A DNA stretch of 64,000 nucleotides from an uncultured archaeon (GCA_963817525.1 CAWFOU010000007.1:864001-928000); one strand, 5' to 3'. Positions 9,767-20,093 are shown, numbered from the stretch's first letter. Notes: generated from the letters alone by a model not told the origin. Program-made: numbers and translations.

Positions 9767-11464
9767 TCAGAAGGCCGCCTTCTCGCCGGGCACCATGCAG
9801 ACGGCGCCCTTGGACGAGGAGCCCACGAGCTCCGCGTACTTTGCGAAGACGCCGTGCTTGTACTTTATCGGGTGGGGCTTCCACGCCTTTCTCCGGGCGG
9901 CGAGCTCCTTGGGGGAGACCTCGACCTTGAGCGACCTCTTCGCCACGTCTATCGAGACGATGTCGCCGTTCTTCAGGAGCCCTATTGTCCCTCCCACCTG
10001 GGCCTCCGGGGCGACGTGCCCCACCATGAACCCATGCGTGGCGCCGGAGAACCTCCCGTCCGTCAGGAGCGCGACGGAGTCCTTCAGCCCCTGCCCCACC
10101 AGGGCGGCGGTGACCACGAGCATCTCGCGCATCCCTGGCCCGCCCTTGGGTCCCTCGTAGCGGACCACCACGACGTCGCCCGGCTTGATCTTCTTCTCGA
10201 TTATCGCCTGGCGCGCGTCCTCCTCCCTGTCGAAGACCTTCGCAGGCCCGCGGTGGAAGTTCCTCGTCGACCCCGCGGTCTTGAGCACCCCGCCCTCGGT
10301 GGCCAGGTTCCCCTTGAGGATGGCGAACCCGCCTGACTTCCTCACAGGGTTGGAGATGGGATGGATGACGTCCTGCCCCGTGGGGAGCTTCACGCCGCTC
10401 ATCCTCTCGGATATCGTCTCACCGGTGACCGTCCGGGCGTCGCCGTGCAGCAGGCCTGCGTCGAGGAGCTGCTTCATCACGAGCTTGACGCCGCCGACGC
10501 GGTCCACGTCAGACATCACGTACTTTCCGGCCGGACGGAGGTCCGCCAGCTCCGGGACTCCCGCCCCCAGCCTGTCAAAGTCGTCTAGAGTCAGCTTCAC
10601 GCCAGCCTCGTAGGCGATGGCGAGGAGGTGGAGGACGGCGTTGGTGCTCCCGCCCATCCCCGCGACGACCGAGATCGCGTTCTCGAACGCGTCCCTCGTC
10701 AGGACGTCGCGGGGGCGCGTGTTGCTCTCGAGCGCCTTCATCGCCGCCCATCCTGTCTCGTAAGCGACCTTCTTTCGCGTCTCGCTCGGGGCGACCGGCG
10801 CGGCGCTGTTCGGGACCGTCAGGCCTATCGCCTCCAGGGCGGAGGCCATCGTGTTGGCCGTGAACATCCCTCCGCAGGCCCCGTAGGTCGGGCAGGCGAC
10901 GCACTCGAGGTCCCTGAGCTGAGAGACGGTCATGGTCCCCCTTGAGACCTGCCCCATCGCCTCGAAGACGTCCTGGATCGTGACCTCCTTCCCGTTGAAC
11001 TCCCCGGGCGGGATGCTCCCGCCGTAGAGGTAGACACCGGGGAGGTTGACCCGCGCAAGAGCCATCGCGGAGGCGGGCTGCGTCTTGTCGCATCCCCCTA
11101 TGGTGACCAGGCCGTCGAACTGGTACCCTACGGCGCAGAGCTCTATGGAGTCCGCGATGACCTCCCGGCTGATGAGAGAGGCCTTCATCCCCTCGGTCCC
11201 CATCGCTATCGCGTCGTTGATCGCTATCGAGTTGAACTCCAGGGGCGTCCCTCCGGCGTCTCTCACGCCCTTCTTCACCTCGACCGCCAGCTCCCTGAGG
11301 TTGTAGTTGCAGGGCTGGGCCTCGATCCAGGTGTTCGCGATCCCGATTATCGGCTTGTCAAAGTCCTCGTCGGTCAGGCCGATGGCGCGCAGCATCGCCC
11401 TCTGGGGTGTCCTCTCGATGCCCGCGGTGAGCCTGGCGGGGTGTCCCTTCGCAACTTTTTGCAA
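9767..11464 (-). CDS. ilvD: Dihydroxy-acid dehydratase
   Basis: PCN, GCDKT, CGGMFTANTM, GGSTNAVLH, GPKGGPGMREM, TDGRFSG. Confidence 0.97.
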   Translation of the reverse strand: MQKVAKGHPARLTAGIERTPQRAMLRAIGLTDEDFDKPIIGIANTWIEAQPCNYNLRELAVEVKKGVRDAGGTPLEFNSIAINDAIAMGTEGMKASLISREVIADSIELCAVGYQFDGLVTIGGCDKTQPASAMALARVNLPGVYLYGGSIPPGEFNGKEVTIQDVFEAMGQVSRGTMTVSQLRDLECVACPTYGACGGMFTANTMASALEAIGLTVPNSAAPVAPSETRKKVAYETGWAAMKALESNTRPRDVLTRDAFENAISVVAGMGGSTNAVLHLLAIAYEAGVKLTLDDFDRLGAGVPELADLRPAGKYVMSDVDRVGGVKLVMKQLLDAGLLHGDARTVTGETISERMSGVKLPTGQDVIHPISNPVRKSGGFAILKGNLATEGGVLKTAGSTRNFHRGPAKVFDREEDARQAIIEKKIKPGDVVVVRYEGPKGGPGMREMLVVTAALVGQGLKDSVALLTDGRFSGATHGFMVGHVAPEAQVGGTIGLLKNGDIVSIDVAKRSLKVEVSPKELAARRKAWKPHPIKYKHGVFAKYAELVGSSSKGAVCMVPGEKAAF

Positions 11465-11492
11465 GAAAATCCGAACGCACGCGACTCCGGAG

Positions 11493-11600
11493 TTTTATAA
11501 GCGTAGCCGTGCGACAGCCGAAATGAGCGGGCCTCGCCCCATCTGAGACGGTCCGGGTCGCGCCGCCCCTCCTGCAGAGCGGCATCCCAAACTTATATCA
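11493..11600. promoter_or_regulatory. Divergent TATA promoters of ilvD and ilvC
   Basis: TTTTATAA at 11493-11500 and CTTATATC at 11592-11599, each about 30 nt from a start codon (near-leaderless). Confidence 0.6.
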
Positions 11601-11628
11601 TGTAGCGCAGACGGTTGGCGCGAAACAC

Positions 11629-12630
11629 ATGGCAAGGATGTGGCACGACGACGACGTCAGTTTGGGGCCGATAAAGGGCGAGACCATCGCGGTCATCGGC
11701 TACGGCATCCAGGGCGCTGCTCAGGCGAGCAACCTGCGCGACTCCGGGCTCAAGGTGGTCGTGGGGCTCCGCGAGGGAGGGAAGAGCTGGTCCAAGGCCC
11801 AGAGCGAGGGGCACAAGGTCATGACCGTGCCCGAGGCCGTGAAGATCGCCGACATCGTCCACGTCCTGATTCCCGACATGGAGCAGGCCCGCATCTACAA
11901 GCAGGAGATCAAGCCCAACTTCCGGAAGGGCGCCGCGCTCTCTTTCTCGCACGGCGCGGCCATCCACTGGAGGTGGATAGTCCCTCCAAAGCAGTCCGAT
12001 GTGATAATGGTCGCGCCCAAGTCTCCCGGGCAGAGGGTCAGGGAGCTCTACCTCGAGAACTTCGGGACCCCGTCGCTGGTGGCAGTGGAGCAGGACTACA
12101 CCAAGAGGGCATGGGAGAGGATCCTAGGCATGGCGAAGGGGATCGGCTCGACCCGCCCGGGCATCCTCCAGACCACCTTCAAGGAGGAGGTCGAGAGCGA
12201 CTGGTTCGGCGAGCAGGTGGACCTCTGCGGAGGGGTCGAGAGCATGGTCACCAAGGCGTTCGAGACCCTCGTCGAGGCCGGCTACCAGCCCGAGATCGCC
12301 TACTTCGAGACCCTCCACGAGCTGAAGCTCATCGTCGACCTCGTCCAGAAGTACGGGATATCAGGGATGTATCGCAGGGTCAGCGAGACGGCGCGCTACG
12401 GCGGTCTCACGCGAGGGCAGAGGGCAATCGGCCCGGACGTGAAGAAGGGGATGAAGAAGGACCTGAAGGAGATCCAGGACGGGACCTTTGCCAAGGAGTG
12501 GGTGAGCGTTTACAACAAGGAGGGCCAAAAGTCCTTCCAAAAGTACATGGACAAGCTCGAGGCCCATCAGATCGAGAAGGTCGGCAAGAAGCTCCGGAAG
12601 ATGATGTGGCCCAACGACATCGTGAACTAG
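11629..12630 (+). CDS. ilvC: Ketol-acid reductoisomerase
   Basis: IGYGIQG Rossmann motif, NLRDSG, APKSPG, DWFGEQ, HELKLIVDL, SETARYG. Confidence 0.97.
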   Translation: MARMWHDDDVSLGPIKGETIAVIGYGIQGAAQASNLRDSGLKVVVGLREGGKSWSKAQSEGHKVMTVPEAVKIADIVHVLIPDMEQARIYKQEIKPNFRKGAALSFSHGAAIHWRWIVPPKQSDVIMVAPKSPGQRVRELYLENFGTPSLVAVEQDYTKRAWERILGMAKGIGSTRPGILQTTFKEEVESDWFGEQVDLCGGVESMVTKAFETLVEAGYQPEIAYFETLHELKLIVDLVQKYGISGMYRRVSETARYGGLTRGQRAIGPDVKKGMKKDLKEIQDGTFAKEWVSVYNKEGQKSFQKYMDKLEAHQIEKVGKKLRKMMWPNDIVN

Positions 12631-12769
12631 GCTTCTAGGCCACAGAGCGAGGACGGCCAGGGAGTCTCCGCCCGACTGGCTCAGACGGGACGATTCTCCT
12701 TGATAGACGGATTGCACCCATGTGGGTTCAGAGCGTTAATAGTGCCTTTCAGAGTCTGAATCCAGAGGA

Positions 12770-13525
12770 GGGTCGACCGCCTCGAACAAGACTTCCGCCA
12801 TCGTTCTCCTCGGAGTTCTGATTTGGGTCTCAGGCGTGACACTGCCGCCTCGCGACGTCCGTGGCCAAGGCACAAGCTACACCCTGGGCAGCGGAAGCCA
12901 GGGCGCCTTGGAAGCGAGCACCCTCCAATGCGCGGACATCGGAGGGTCGTGGTCCAACGCGACGGTCACTTGCACGGTCAGCGGCACGGGGGCCGTCCCC
13001 CCGGGGGTTTCGTTGGAGATTGACCTCAAGGCAGGGCTGGTGATAGGGGAGGGCGCCACCTTCAACAACTCTGGCATCATCGAAGACAACGGCAGTATCA
13101 CAGTCTCCGGCACTCTGACGAACAACTTCGGCGCCATCATCACCGTATCCGGCACCCTTACGAACAACTCCGGCGGCAGCATTACCAACGACGGCGAGTT
13201 TACCAACGACTCGAGCGGCATAACAATCAACTCTGGCGCCCTCAGCAACACAGCCGGCGGCACGATTTCCAACTCCCGCGACTTCTACAACCTGGGCGCT
13301 ATCGCCAACTCCGGCGCCTTTGCGAGCAGTTGTCTCGTCCGGCTAGATGAGAGCGGGACGTTCACGAGCGTCCCGCCCGTGTCGTGCGGGAGTACTTCCG
13401 CATCCTCTCAATCGGCATCGGCCGGCCCCTCGTCGAACCACCTCGACCTTGATGCCGCACTGGTGGTCGTGGTAATCGTGGCGCTGGCCCTCGTGTTGCT
13501 GCGGGGCGGCATCAAGAAGAAGTGA
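12770..13525 (+). CDS. Secreted, membrane-anchored protein with G/N/T-rich beta-solenoid-like repeats
   Basis: Frame is open upstream of 12836 through a hydrophobic signal-like stretch (AIVLLGVLIWVSGV); repeats ITVSGTLTNN; C-terminal TM helix plus KKK. Start codon uncertain. Confidence 0.6.
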   Translation, partial: GSTASNKTSAIVLLGVLIWVSGVTLPPRDVRGQGTSYTLGSGSQGALEASTLQCADIGGSWSNATVTCTVSGTGAVPPGVSLEIDLKAGLVIGEGATFNNSGIIEDNGSITVSGTLTNNFGAIITVSGTLTNNSGGSITNDGEFTNDSSGITINSGALSNTAGGTISNSRDFYNLGAIANSGAFASSCLVRLDESGTFTSVPPVSCGSTSASSQSASAGPSSNHLDLDAALVVVVIVALALVLLRGGIKKK

Positions 13526-13630
13526 AGGGGCTCAGGCCTGCTTCGGCCCTTTGCGAGAGCTCTTTCACCGATAGCCTCGAAAAGGCAGAGCTTTATTACG
13601 CCAAGGCCCCTCTCCCCAAGGGAGACCCAT

Positions 13631-13861
13631 TTGATATCCGCCTGCATCTTGATTAGGACGGAGAGAGGAAGGATGGAGGAGCTCGCGAAGAAGCTCAGCC
13701 AGATACCCGAGATCAAGAGGGCGTTCCCCGTCCTCGGCCGATACGACATCGTAGCCGACGTCGAGGCCGCCAACGGCAAGCAGCTCGCGCGCGCCGTGAC
13801 CAAGACCATGAGGCTCGGCGGGATCGTGTTCACCGAGACGCTCCCGGAGGTCGAGGAGTGA
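13631..13861 (+). CDS. Stand-alone Lrp/AsnC ligand-binding (RAM) domain protein
   Basis: ACILI...GRYDIVA...TETL pattern, 76 aa, no HTH. Confidence 0.85.
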   Translation: MISACILIRTERGRMEELAKKLSQIPEIKRAFPVLGRYDIVADVEAANGKQLARAVTKTMRLGGIVFTETLPEVEE

Positions 13862-14089
13862 ATGGCGCTCAACGCCTGCATCCTGATCAAGACCACCCCG
13901 CTCGACGCGGAGGACGTCCTTCAGAAGACGAGGAAGATCAAGGGCGTAAGGAAGGCCTTCCTCGGCTATGGGCGATACGACATCATCGCGTTCGGCGAGG
14001 GCCCCGGCTATCCTGAGATACGCAAGATATCCGAGCTCATCAACGAGATAGGCGGGGTCCGCAGCACCGAGACCCTGGTCGAAGGCTGA
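13862..14089 (+). CDS. Stand-alone Lrp/AsnC ligand-binding (RAM) domain protein
   Basis: ACILI...GRYDIIA...GVRSTETL; paralog of the preceding gene. Confidence 0.85.
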   Translation: MALNACILIKTTPLDAEDVLQKTRKIKGVRKAFLGYGRYDIIAFGEGPGYPEIRKISELINEIGGVRSTETLVEG

Positions 14090-14095
14090 GCGGAC

Positions 14096-15314
14096 CTAGA
14101 CCAGCATCTCTGCGCGCAGGAGCTTCGGGTCCTGGATGACCGAGATTATCCTGTTGACGAACCTGGCGGCGTAGGCGCCGTCCAGGATCCTGTGGTCGAA
14201 GCTCAGCGATAGGAACATCACCTCTCTAGCCTCGATCTTTCCGTCCCTCACGACCGCCCTCTTCGATATCTTGTGCGTCCCTAGTATCGCCGACTCTGGG
14301 TAGTTGATTATCGGCGTCGCGAACAGAGCCCCCCACCGAGCCCTGGTTGGTGACCGTGAACGTCGACCCGTGGACGTCATCGAGGGTGAGCCCGCCTGAC
14401 CTCGCCTTGGCCGCGAGCTGCTGTATCTCGACGGCTATCTGGAAGACGTCCTTCTTGTCCGCGTCCTTCACGACCGGGACCACAAGCCCACCCTCGGTGT
14501 CTATCGCAATCCCGATGTTGAAGCTCCTCTTGAGCACTATCTCCCCGGCCTGGTCGTCTAGGGAGGCGTTGGTGTACGGGAACTCCTTCAGCGCGGGGAT
14601 CACGGCCTTGATTATCAGCGGGAGGAAGGTGAGCTTCACGCCACGATTCTCCCCCTCTGCCTTGAGGGCGTCTCTGAGCGCGACCAACTCGGTCATGTCT
14701 GCCTCGTCTACATGGGTAACCTGGGCCGTGGTGCGGATTGACTTGGACATGCGCTCGGCGACGATCTTCCGCAGGCCCCTGAGAGGAACCCTCTCCTGGT
14801 TCGCCGCCGCTGCAGGGGTAGTGGCCATTACTGTGCGCTGCGCTCCGCCAGAGGCCTTCCTCACGTCGTCCTCCGTTATCCTGCCCATCGAGCCGGGCCC
14901 ACGAACCCTCGCGATGTCGACCCCCAACTCCCGGGCGAGCCTCCGGGTCGCGGGTGTCGCCAACACCCCCTCAGCGGAGGCGGGGCCAGGCTGCTGCGTC
15001 TGGGCCTGCTGCGTGGGGGACGACGCGAGCCGAGAGGCGGTCTCTACTGGCCTGGGACTAGCCTGGTCCGCGCTCCCCGATTCTATTACCAAGATAACCT
15101 GCCCGACCTTCACGGTCTCGCCCTCTTTGGCCAGGATCCTAGTGACAGACCCTGTCCAGGGGGACGGAATCTGGACGTTGACCTTGTCGGTCATAACCTC
15201 GACGAGGGGTTGCTCCTCAATGACCTTGTCTCCCTCCTTGACGAGCCACTTCAGGATCTCTCCCTCGGCGATGCCTTCTCCTATGTCAGGTAAACGGAGA
15301 TCCATCCCAATCAA
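14096..15314 (-). CDS. 2-oxoacid dehydrogenase E2 dihydrolipoamide acyltransferase (indel near 14330)
   Basis: Lipoyl domain EVMTDKV, peripheral-subunit-binding ATPATRRLA, and catalytic SFDHRILDG in the second frame after a C/G homopolymer. Confidence 0.92.
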
Positions 15315-15357
15315 GGTGAGTGGGATGGGTGTTTAAAAGAAGTTCATGGCTATTGCC

Positions 15358-16022
15358 ATGTTGGCGAAGGACAGTCTCACCGAAAATGGACGGCTTTCCG
15401 CCGACTCAATTAGGACGAGAGGGTACTCGACCTGGGAACAGGTTGCCGGCTATTTCGATGGAGATGGTTCTCCGAAGGTTCATGTCATGTCTTCACTATG
15501 AACGTGGAGGTTTCCTGGTCTGACAAGGATGTGGAAATATTAGAACATCTCAATGCATTCTTGCGGACCTATGGTGTCTTTGGGGTATTGGGCAAGTTTA
15601 GGACTGGTGAGAGGCTCTATTACGAGTTAAGCGTCTCAGAAGGGCATAACGCCCTCAACGCGATGAAGATGATGCTGCCTCACCTCGATAAGAAGTGGTC
15701 CCAAGTCCGAGGTGCGGTAGATTACCTGGAGAATCGGATTACTGGAGACGTATTCATTCAAATCCTCAACGAGGCTGTTCGCACGAAGAAGAGGTCGTCG
15801 AACCTGGTCACTCGCAGCATGCCCTACACGAAGAGTCAGGGCAAGAGAATGCGCGGAGATAGACCACATCTGCGATTGTTGACAAGAAACCAAGTCGTTG
15901 TCATTAGGCACCAGAAAGAAACACTTGGCATGTCTTACAGGGAGTTGGGCGAGATTTATGGGGTACACCCCTCCACGATATTCCTTTCCCTCAGGAGATA
16001 CACTTGGACCGATATCGACTAG
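15358..16022 (+). CDS. Free-standing single-motif LAGLIDADG endonuclease-like protein with C-terminal HTH (indel near 15488)
   Basis: Frame from ATG 15358 gives TWEQVAGYFDGDGS; continues in ORF 15498-16022 (MLPHLDKK...; SYRELGEIYGVHPSTI HTH). TTTAAAA at 15332. Confidence 0.75.
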
Positions 16023-16996
16023 TAGCTTGCAGCCTTTCTAATAGCTCTGAGCACCCTTTCGGGGGACGGCAAGTAGGTGTTCTCGAGCGCGTAGGGGAAC
16101 GGCGCGTCGAACCCGCCGAGCCTCACTATCGGGGCCTGGAGCGAGTCGATGGCTCGCTCGGCTATCTGCGCCGCGACCTCCCCGCCGAAGCCGGATATCT
16201 TGGTGGCTTCGTGCGCCACGACCACCCTCCCCGTCTTCTTCACCGAGGCGAGGACGGTCTCGATATCGAAGGGCATCAGCGTCCTCATGTCGATGAGCTC
16301 CACTGAGACGTTCTCCTTGGCGGCAAGGTCTGCGGCCGCCCTGCAAGTGTGGACCATCGCCCCCCAGGTCACCAGGGTGACTCCCGTTCCCTCCCGCAAG
16401 ACCTTCGCCTTGCCGAAGGGTATCGCAAACTCCTCCTCTGTGGGCAGCTCCTCTTTCACCGTGCGGTAGACGCGCTTCGGCTCGAGGAACATGACCGGGT
16501 CGGAGCCCCGCATCGCCGTGCGGAGGAGCCCCATCGTGTCCGTGGGCGTCGAGGGGGTCGCGACATACAGACCGGGCGTGTGGGTGAAATAAGCCTCCGT
16601 GCTCTGAGAATGGTAGAGCCCACCCTTGATGCCCCCTCCGCTGGGTGCCCTGATCACCACATGGGCGACGCAATGGCCGCCGGACCTGTATCTCAGCTTC
16701 GCCAGCTCGCTTACTATCTGGTTGAATCCGGGATAGATGAAGTCGAGAAATTGGATCTCCACTACGGGCTCGAGCCCGTTGATTGCCATGCCGATCGCGG
16801 TCCCAATGATCCCGTCCTCCGCGATAGGCGTGTCGATGACCCTCTCGGGGCCGAACTCGTTGAGCAGGCCAGCGGTCGCCCTGAAGACCCCGCCGTCCTT
16901 GCCGATGTCCTCACCGAGGAGGACGACGTTGCCGTTCCTCCGCATCTCCGTTCTTAGGGTCTCGTTCACACTCTGGACGATGTTAGAGAGCGTCAA
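16019..16996 (-). CDS. 2-oxoacid dehydrogenase E1 beta subunit
   Basis: GEDIG, GGVFRAT, DTPIAEDGI, EIQFLDF, HSQSTE. Confidence 0.95.
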   Translation of the reverse strand: MTLSNIVQSVNETLRTEMRRNGNVVLLGEDIGKDGGVFRATAGLLNEFGPERVIDTPIAEDGIIGTAIGMAINGLEPVVEIQFLDFIYPGFNQIVSELAKLRYRSGGHCVAHVVIRAPSGGGIKGGLYHSQSTEAYFTHTPGLYVATPSTPTDTMGLLRTAMRGSDPVMFLEPKRVYRTVKEELPTEEEFAIPFGKAKVLREGTGVTLVTWGAMVHTCRAAADLAAKENVSVELIDMRTLMPFDIETVLASVKKTGRVVVAHEATKISGFGGEVAAQIAERAIDSLQAPIVRLGGFDAPFPYALENTYLPSPERVLRAIRKAASY

Positions 16997-18114
16997 AACA
17001 TTGCACCGGGGTCCTTCTGATATCCTTCTCCTTTGCTGTCACCACCGCCGCCCTCGTCCCTCATGAACTCGTCTGCCTCCTCGCGCAGGTGCCAGGGCAT
17101 CTCCGAGTAGACGTCGGTGAAGAGAGTCGAAGGCGCGGGCGGGGGGATTGCTTCCCTATCCTTGACCACCTGCGCAATCTCCGCGTCTATCTCCTTCATG
17201 TAATTCTCGTTGTCCTTCTCGTTGAGAATCCCCTTCTTGACAAGGTAGGCGGTGAACCTCGTGATGGGGTCTCTCTTCTTCCACATCTCGACCTCCTCCG
17301 AGCTCCTGTAGACGCTCGGGTCGTCCGACGTGGAGTGGCCGCCCATCCTGTAGGTGACCGCTTCGATAAAGGTCGGGCCCCCGCCTGCGCGGGCCTTGTC
17401 GACCGCAGACTTTGTCGCCTTGTAGACCGCCAAGATGTCATTCCCATCGATCTGGACGCCCTCGAACCCGTATGCTTCAGCCTTTATCGCGATGCTCTCG
17501 GATGCGGTCTGGCGCCTCACCGGGAGGGAGATGGCGTACTGGTTGTTCTCGCAGAAGAAGACGGTTGGCGTCTTCCAGAGCCCCGCGAAGTTCATGGCCG
17601 CGTGGAACTCGCCTTGCGAAGTCGCTCCTTCTCCTAAGGAGGCCAGCGTTACTGACTTTTCACCTCTAAACTTCGCAGCGTAACCGATTCCGACGGCGTG
17701 CAGCAGCTTCGAGCCTATCGGGCTCGACAAGGAGACTATCTTCCACTTGCTGAAGCCCCAGTGCATGGGCATCGACCTCCCGTGGGCCTCGTCGGCAGAG
17801 TTCCCCATTATCTGGTCGAAGAGCACGCTCAATGGGACGCCCTTCACGAGACAGGTCCCGGGGTCCCTGTAGCTCGGGAAAGCCCAGTCGATCGGGGAGA
17901 GCGTGTACGCCATCCCGATCTGGCATGCCTCCTGCCCGGTGGACTCCATGAAGAAGCCTATGCGGCCCTGCCTCTGCAGGGACATGCCCTTCTCGTTGAA
18001 CCTCCGCACGGTGAGCATGTACCTGTGCATCTTTAGCAGATCCTCGCGGCTGAGGTCTGGTTCTAACTTAGGATTGAAGTCGCCGTCCGCCCTGATTACC
18101 TGGAGCATTTCCAC
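16993..18114 (-). CDS. 2-oxoacid dehydrogenase E1 alpha subunit
   Basis: QRQGRIGF, GQEA, TPP motif GEGATSQGEF...ENNQYAIS, HSTSDDP. Confidence 0.95.
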   Translation of the reverse strand: MEMLQVIRADGDFNPKLEPDLSREDLLKMHRYMLTVRRFNEKGMSLQRQGRIGFFMESTGQEACQIGMAYTLSPIDWAFPSYRDPGTCLVKGVPLSVLFDQIMGNSADEAHGRSMPMHWGFSKWKIVSLSSPIGSKLLHAVGIGYAAKFRGEKSVTLASLGEGATSQGEFHAAMNFAGLWKTPTVFFCENNQYAISLPVRRQTASESIAIKAEAYGFEGVQIDGNDILAVYKATKSAVDKARAGGGPTFIEAVTYRMGGHSTSDDPSVYRSSEEVEMWKKRDPITRFTAYLVKKGILNEKDNENYMKEIDAEIAQVVKDREAIPPPAPSTLFTDVYSEMPWHLREEADEFMRDEGGGGDSKGEGYQKDPGAMF

Positions 18115-18190
18115 GCTTGGTCGAGCTCGGCTGTTTTGAGCGGTTTTTTTCCGCCAAATAAGACTTCCGAATTCCCAGTCGAGAGCTTCG

Positions 18191-19096
18191 TTAATCGTTG
18201 TGGTTGCGCTTCACGAGGGACTCTAGGAAGAGCTCCCCCGCCCTGTAGCTGGACCTCACCAGCGGCCCCGACGCGACGTACCTGAACCCGTACTCTTCCT
18301 CGCCGACGCGCTTGTAGTGGTCGAAGGTCTCCGGGGAGACGTACTCGAAGACGGGGAGGTGCCTCGCCGAGGGGCGCAGGTACTGCCCCACCGTCAGGAA
18401 GTCGACGCCGGCGTCCCGCAGGTGCATCATCGCGAGCCTCACCTCCTCCTCCTTCTCGCCCAGCCCTAGCATGATGGATGACTTTGTGAACATCGAGCGG
18501 TCGAGCTTCTTGATGCTCCTCAGGACCGAGAGGGACTGCCAGTAGCCGGCGCGCGGGTCCCTTACCCTGTCGCTCAGGAACAGGGTGGTCTCGATGTTGT
18601 GCGCGATGACGTCCGGCCTGGCCTGCACCACGGTGCTGATAGAGTCCACGTCGTTCTGGAAGTCGGGGATCAGCACTTCGACCATCATCTCGGGGTTCAT
18701 CTCCTTCGTGGCGCGTATCGTCTTGGCGAAGTGCCCGGCGCCTCCGTCGGGGAGGTCGTCCCTGTCCACCGACGTCAGCACCACATATGTCAGGCCCATC
18801 CTCGAGAGCGTGAGCGCCACGTTCTCCGGCTCGAGCGGGTCCGGCGGGTTCCCTGCGGGCTTCCCAGGGGTGACCATGCAGAACCTGCACGCCCTCGAGC
18901 AGACGTCGCCCATGAGCATCAGGGTCGCGGTGCCGCTCCCCCAGCACTCGGCGACGTTCGGGCAGTGGGCCTCCTCGCAGACGGTGTGGAGCCCGAGCTC
19001 CTTGAAGAGCCCCTTGAGCCTCTTGTAGTTCTCGCCCTCGTCCTCGACGGCTGTCGGGGGCAAGACGGTGAGCCACTCGGGCTTTGGTTCCATCAA
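18191..19096 (-). CDS. lipA: Lipoyl synthase
   Basis: CEEAHCPNVAEC, CSRACRFC, TSVDRDDL, HNIET, RSSY. Confidence 0.97.
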   Translation of the reverse strand: MMEPKPEWLTVLPPTAVEDEGENYKRLKGLFKELGLHTVCEEAHCPNVAECWGSGTATLMLMGDVCSRACRFCMVTPGKPAGNPPDPLEPENVALTLSRMGLTYVVLTSVDRDDLPDGGAGHFAKTIRATKEMNPEMMVEVLIPDFQNDVDSISTVVQARPDVIAHNIETTLFLSDRVRDPRAGYWQSLSVLRSIKKLDRSMFTKSSIMLGLGEKEEEVRLAMMHLRDAGVDFLTVGQYLRPSARHLPVFEYVSPETFDHYKRVGEEEYGFRYVASGPLVRSSYRAGELFLESLVKRNHND

Positions 19097-19130
19097 CGCG
19101 AAGCAGCTGACCCCTTCCCCGGCGGAGCTT

Positions 19131-19559
19131 TTAGCTTAAGGGGGCGGCCGTGAGCTTTATCGTGCCGGCATCGGGTTGGAGGCTCCCCATGCACGCGGAG
19201 CAACCCTCGGTGTTGAACCCGGGTTCGAGCTCCACGTGGAGCGCGCACAGCGTATGGTTGTATCTCACGTAGTCGCAGACTTCGGTCATGAGCCTGAGCG
19301 CCTCCCGGCGGTCCGGCTCGTCCGAGGCCAGGAGCTCGGCCACCCTGTCGGCGGCCTTTGCGATGTTCTGGTCGACCTCCAGGTTTAGCATCACTCCCCT
19401 CGCCTTGCGCGCGTAGTTGCTCACCGACGCCTGGGTCACCCCAAGGCGGGTGGCGACCTCCTGCTGCGTGAGGTCGTAGTCCTCGGTGAGGCGCTTCGAG
19501 ACCATCGCCCTGAAGGCCGGGAGCGCGGACTTCGACACTATCTCGTAGGGGTGGATCAA
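19131..19559 (-). CDS. XRE-type HTH transcriptional regulator with Cys/His-rich C-terminus
   Basis: LTQQEVATRLGVTQASVSNY; LCALH...CSAC. Directly upstream of lipA. Confidence 0.85.
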   Translation of the reverse strand: MIHPYEIVSKSALPAFRAMVSKRLTEDYDLTQQEVATRLGVTQASVSNYARKARGVMLNLEVDQNIAKAADRVAELLASDEPDRREALRLMTEVCDYVRYNHTLCALHVELEPGFNTEGCSACMGSLQPDAGTIKLTAAPLS

Positions 19560-19842
19560 CTGGCATTGATATTAGGCCGTTATATTTAAGTCTAAGCGCG
19601 GAGAGGGAAGGACGAACTTCGCAAGGCCAAAGACAGCGCGAAGGCCCTACGCGATGAGGCACTCCTCAACAAAGTCTTGGCCGCAGAGAAGAAGAATGTC
19701 GACGCTGACCATTCCCAAAAGGCAGTGCCGTGTCCTTTGGCTAATTCATGACAAAAGACCAAACAGATTCGTGCAGGACCGCGTTTGAGCAGTCTCCGCC
19801 TTGTCCAGGACGCCCGCTGGTAAGGACCGAACTTCTAGATAA

Positions 19843-19884
19843 AATCTCTAGAGGGTGCTCCGTCACTCAATCTCTAGTGGATGC
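19843..19884 (+). repeat. 16-bp direct repeat upstream of the pilus locus
   Basis: AATCTCTAGAGGGTGC (19843-19858) vs AATCTCTAGTGGATGC (19869-19884), 14/16 identical; TATA-like TTGTAATAT follows at 19891. Confidence 0.6.
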
Positions 19885-19954
19885 AGTGCTTTGTAATATC
19901 ACGCTCCCGTGGACGCATTGTCCAGTTACGAACATCGGTCAGTAGCAAGCTAAA

Positions 19955-20008
19955 CCCCTGATGAGTCCGTGAGATTCGGACGAAACGCCCACGTTTGTTG
20001 GCGTCGGG
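19955..20008 (+). ncRNA. Type I hammerhead ribozyme 1 (predicted cleavage after C20005)
   Basis: Stem I CCC/GGG; core CUGAUGA 19958-19964; stem II GUCCG/CGGAC with loop UGAGAUU; GAAA 19982-19985; stem III CGCC/GGCG; GUC triplet. Confidence 0.9.
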
Positions 20009-20093
20009 AAAAAATGGAAATGAACGGAAAAATTTTACACGGTTCAACGGGTTCTGCTTACCAGTATGATTTTGGTAAGGGTGGTGAAAGAGT

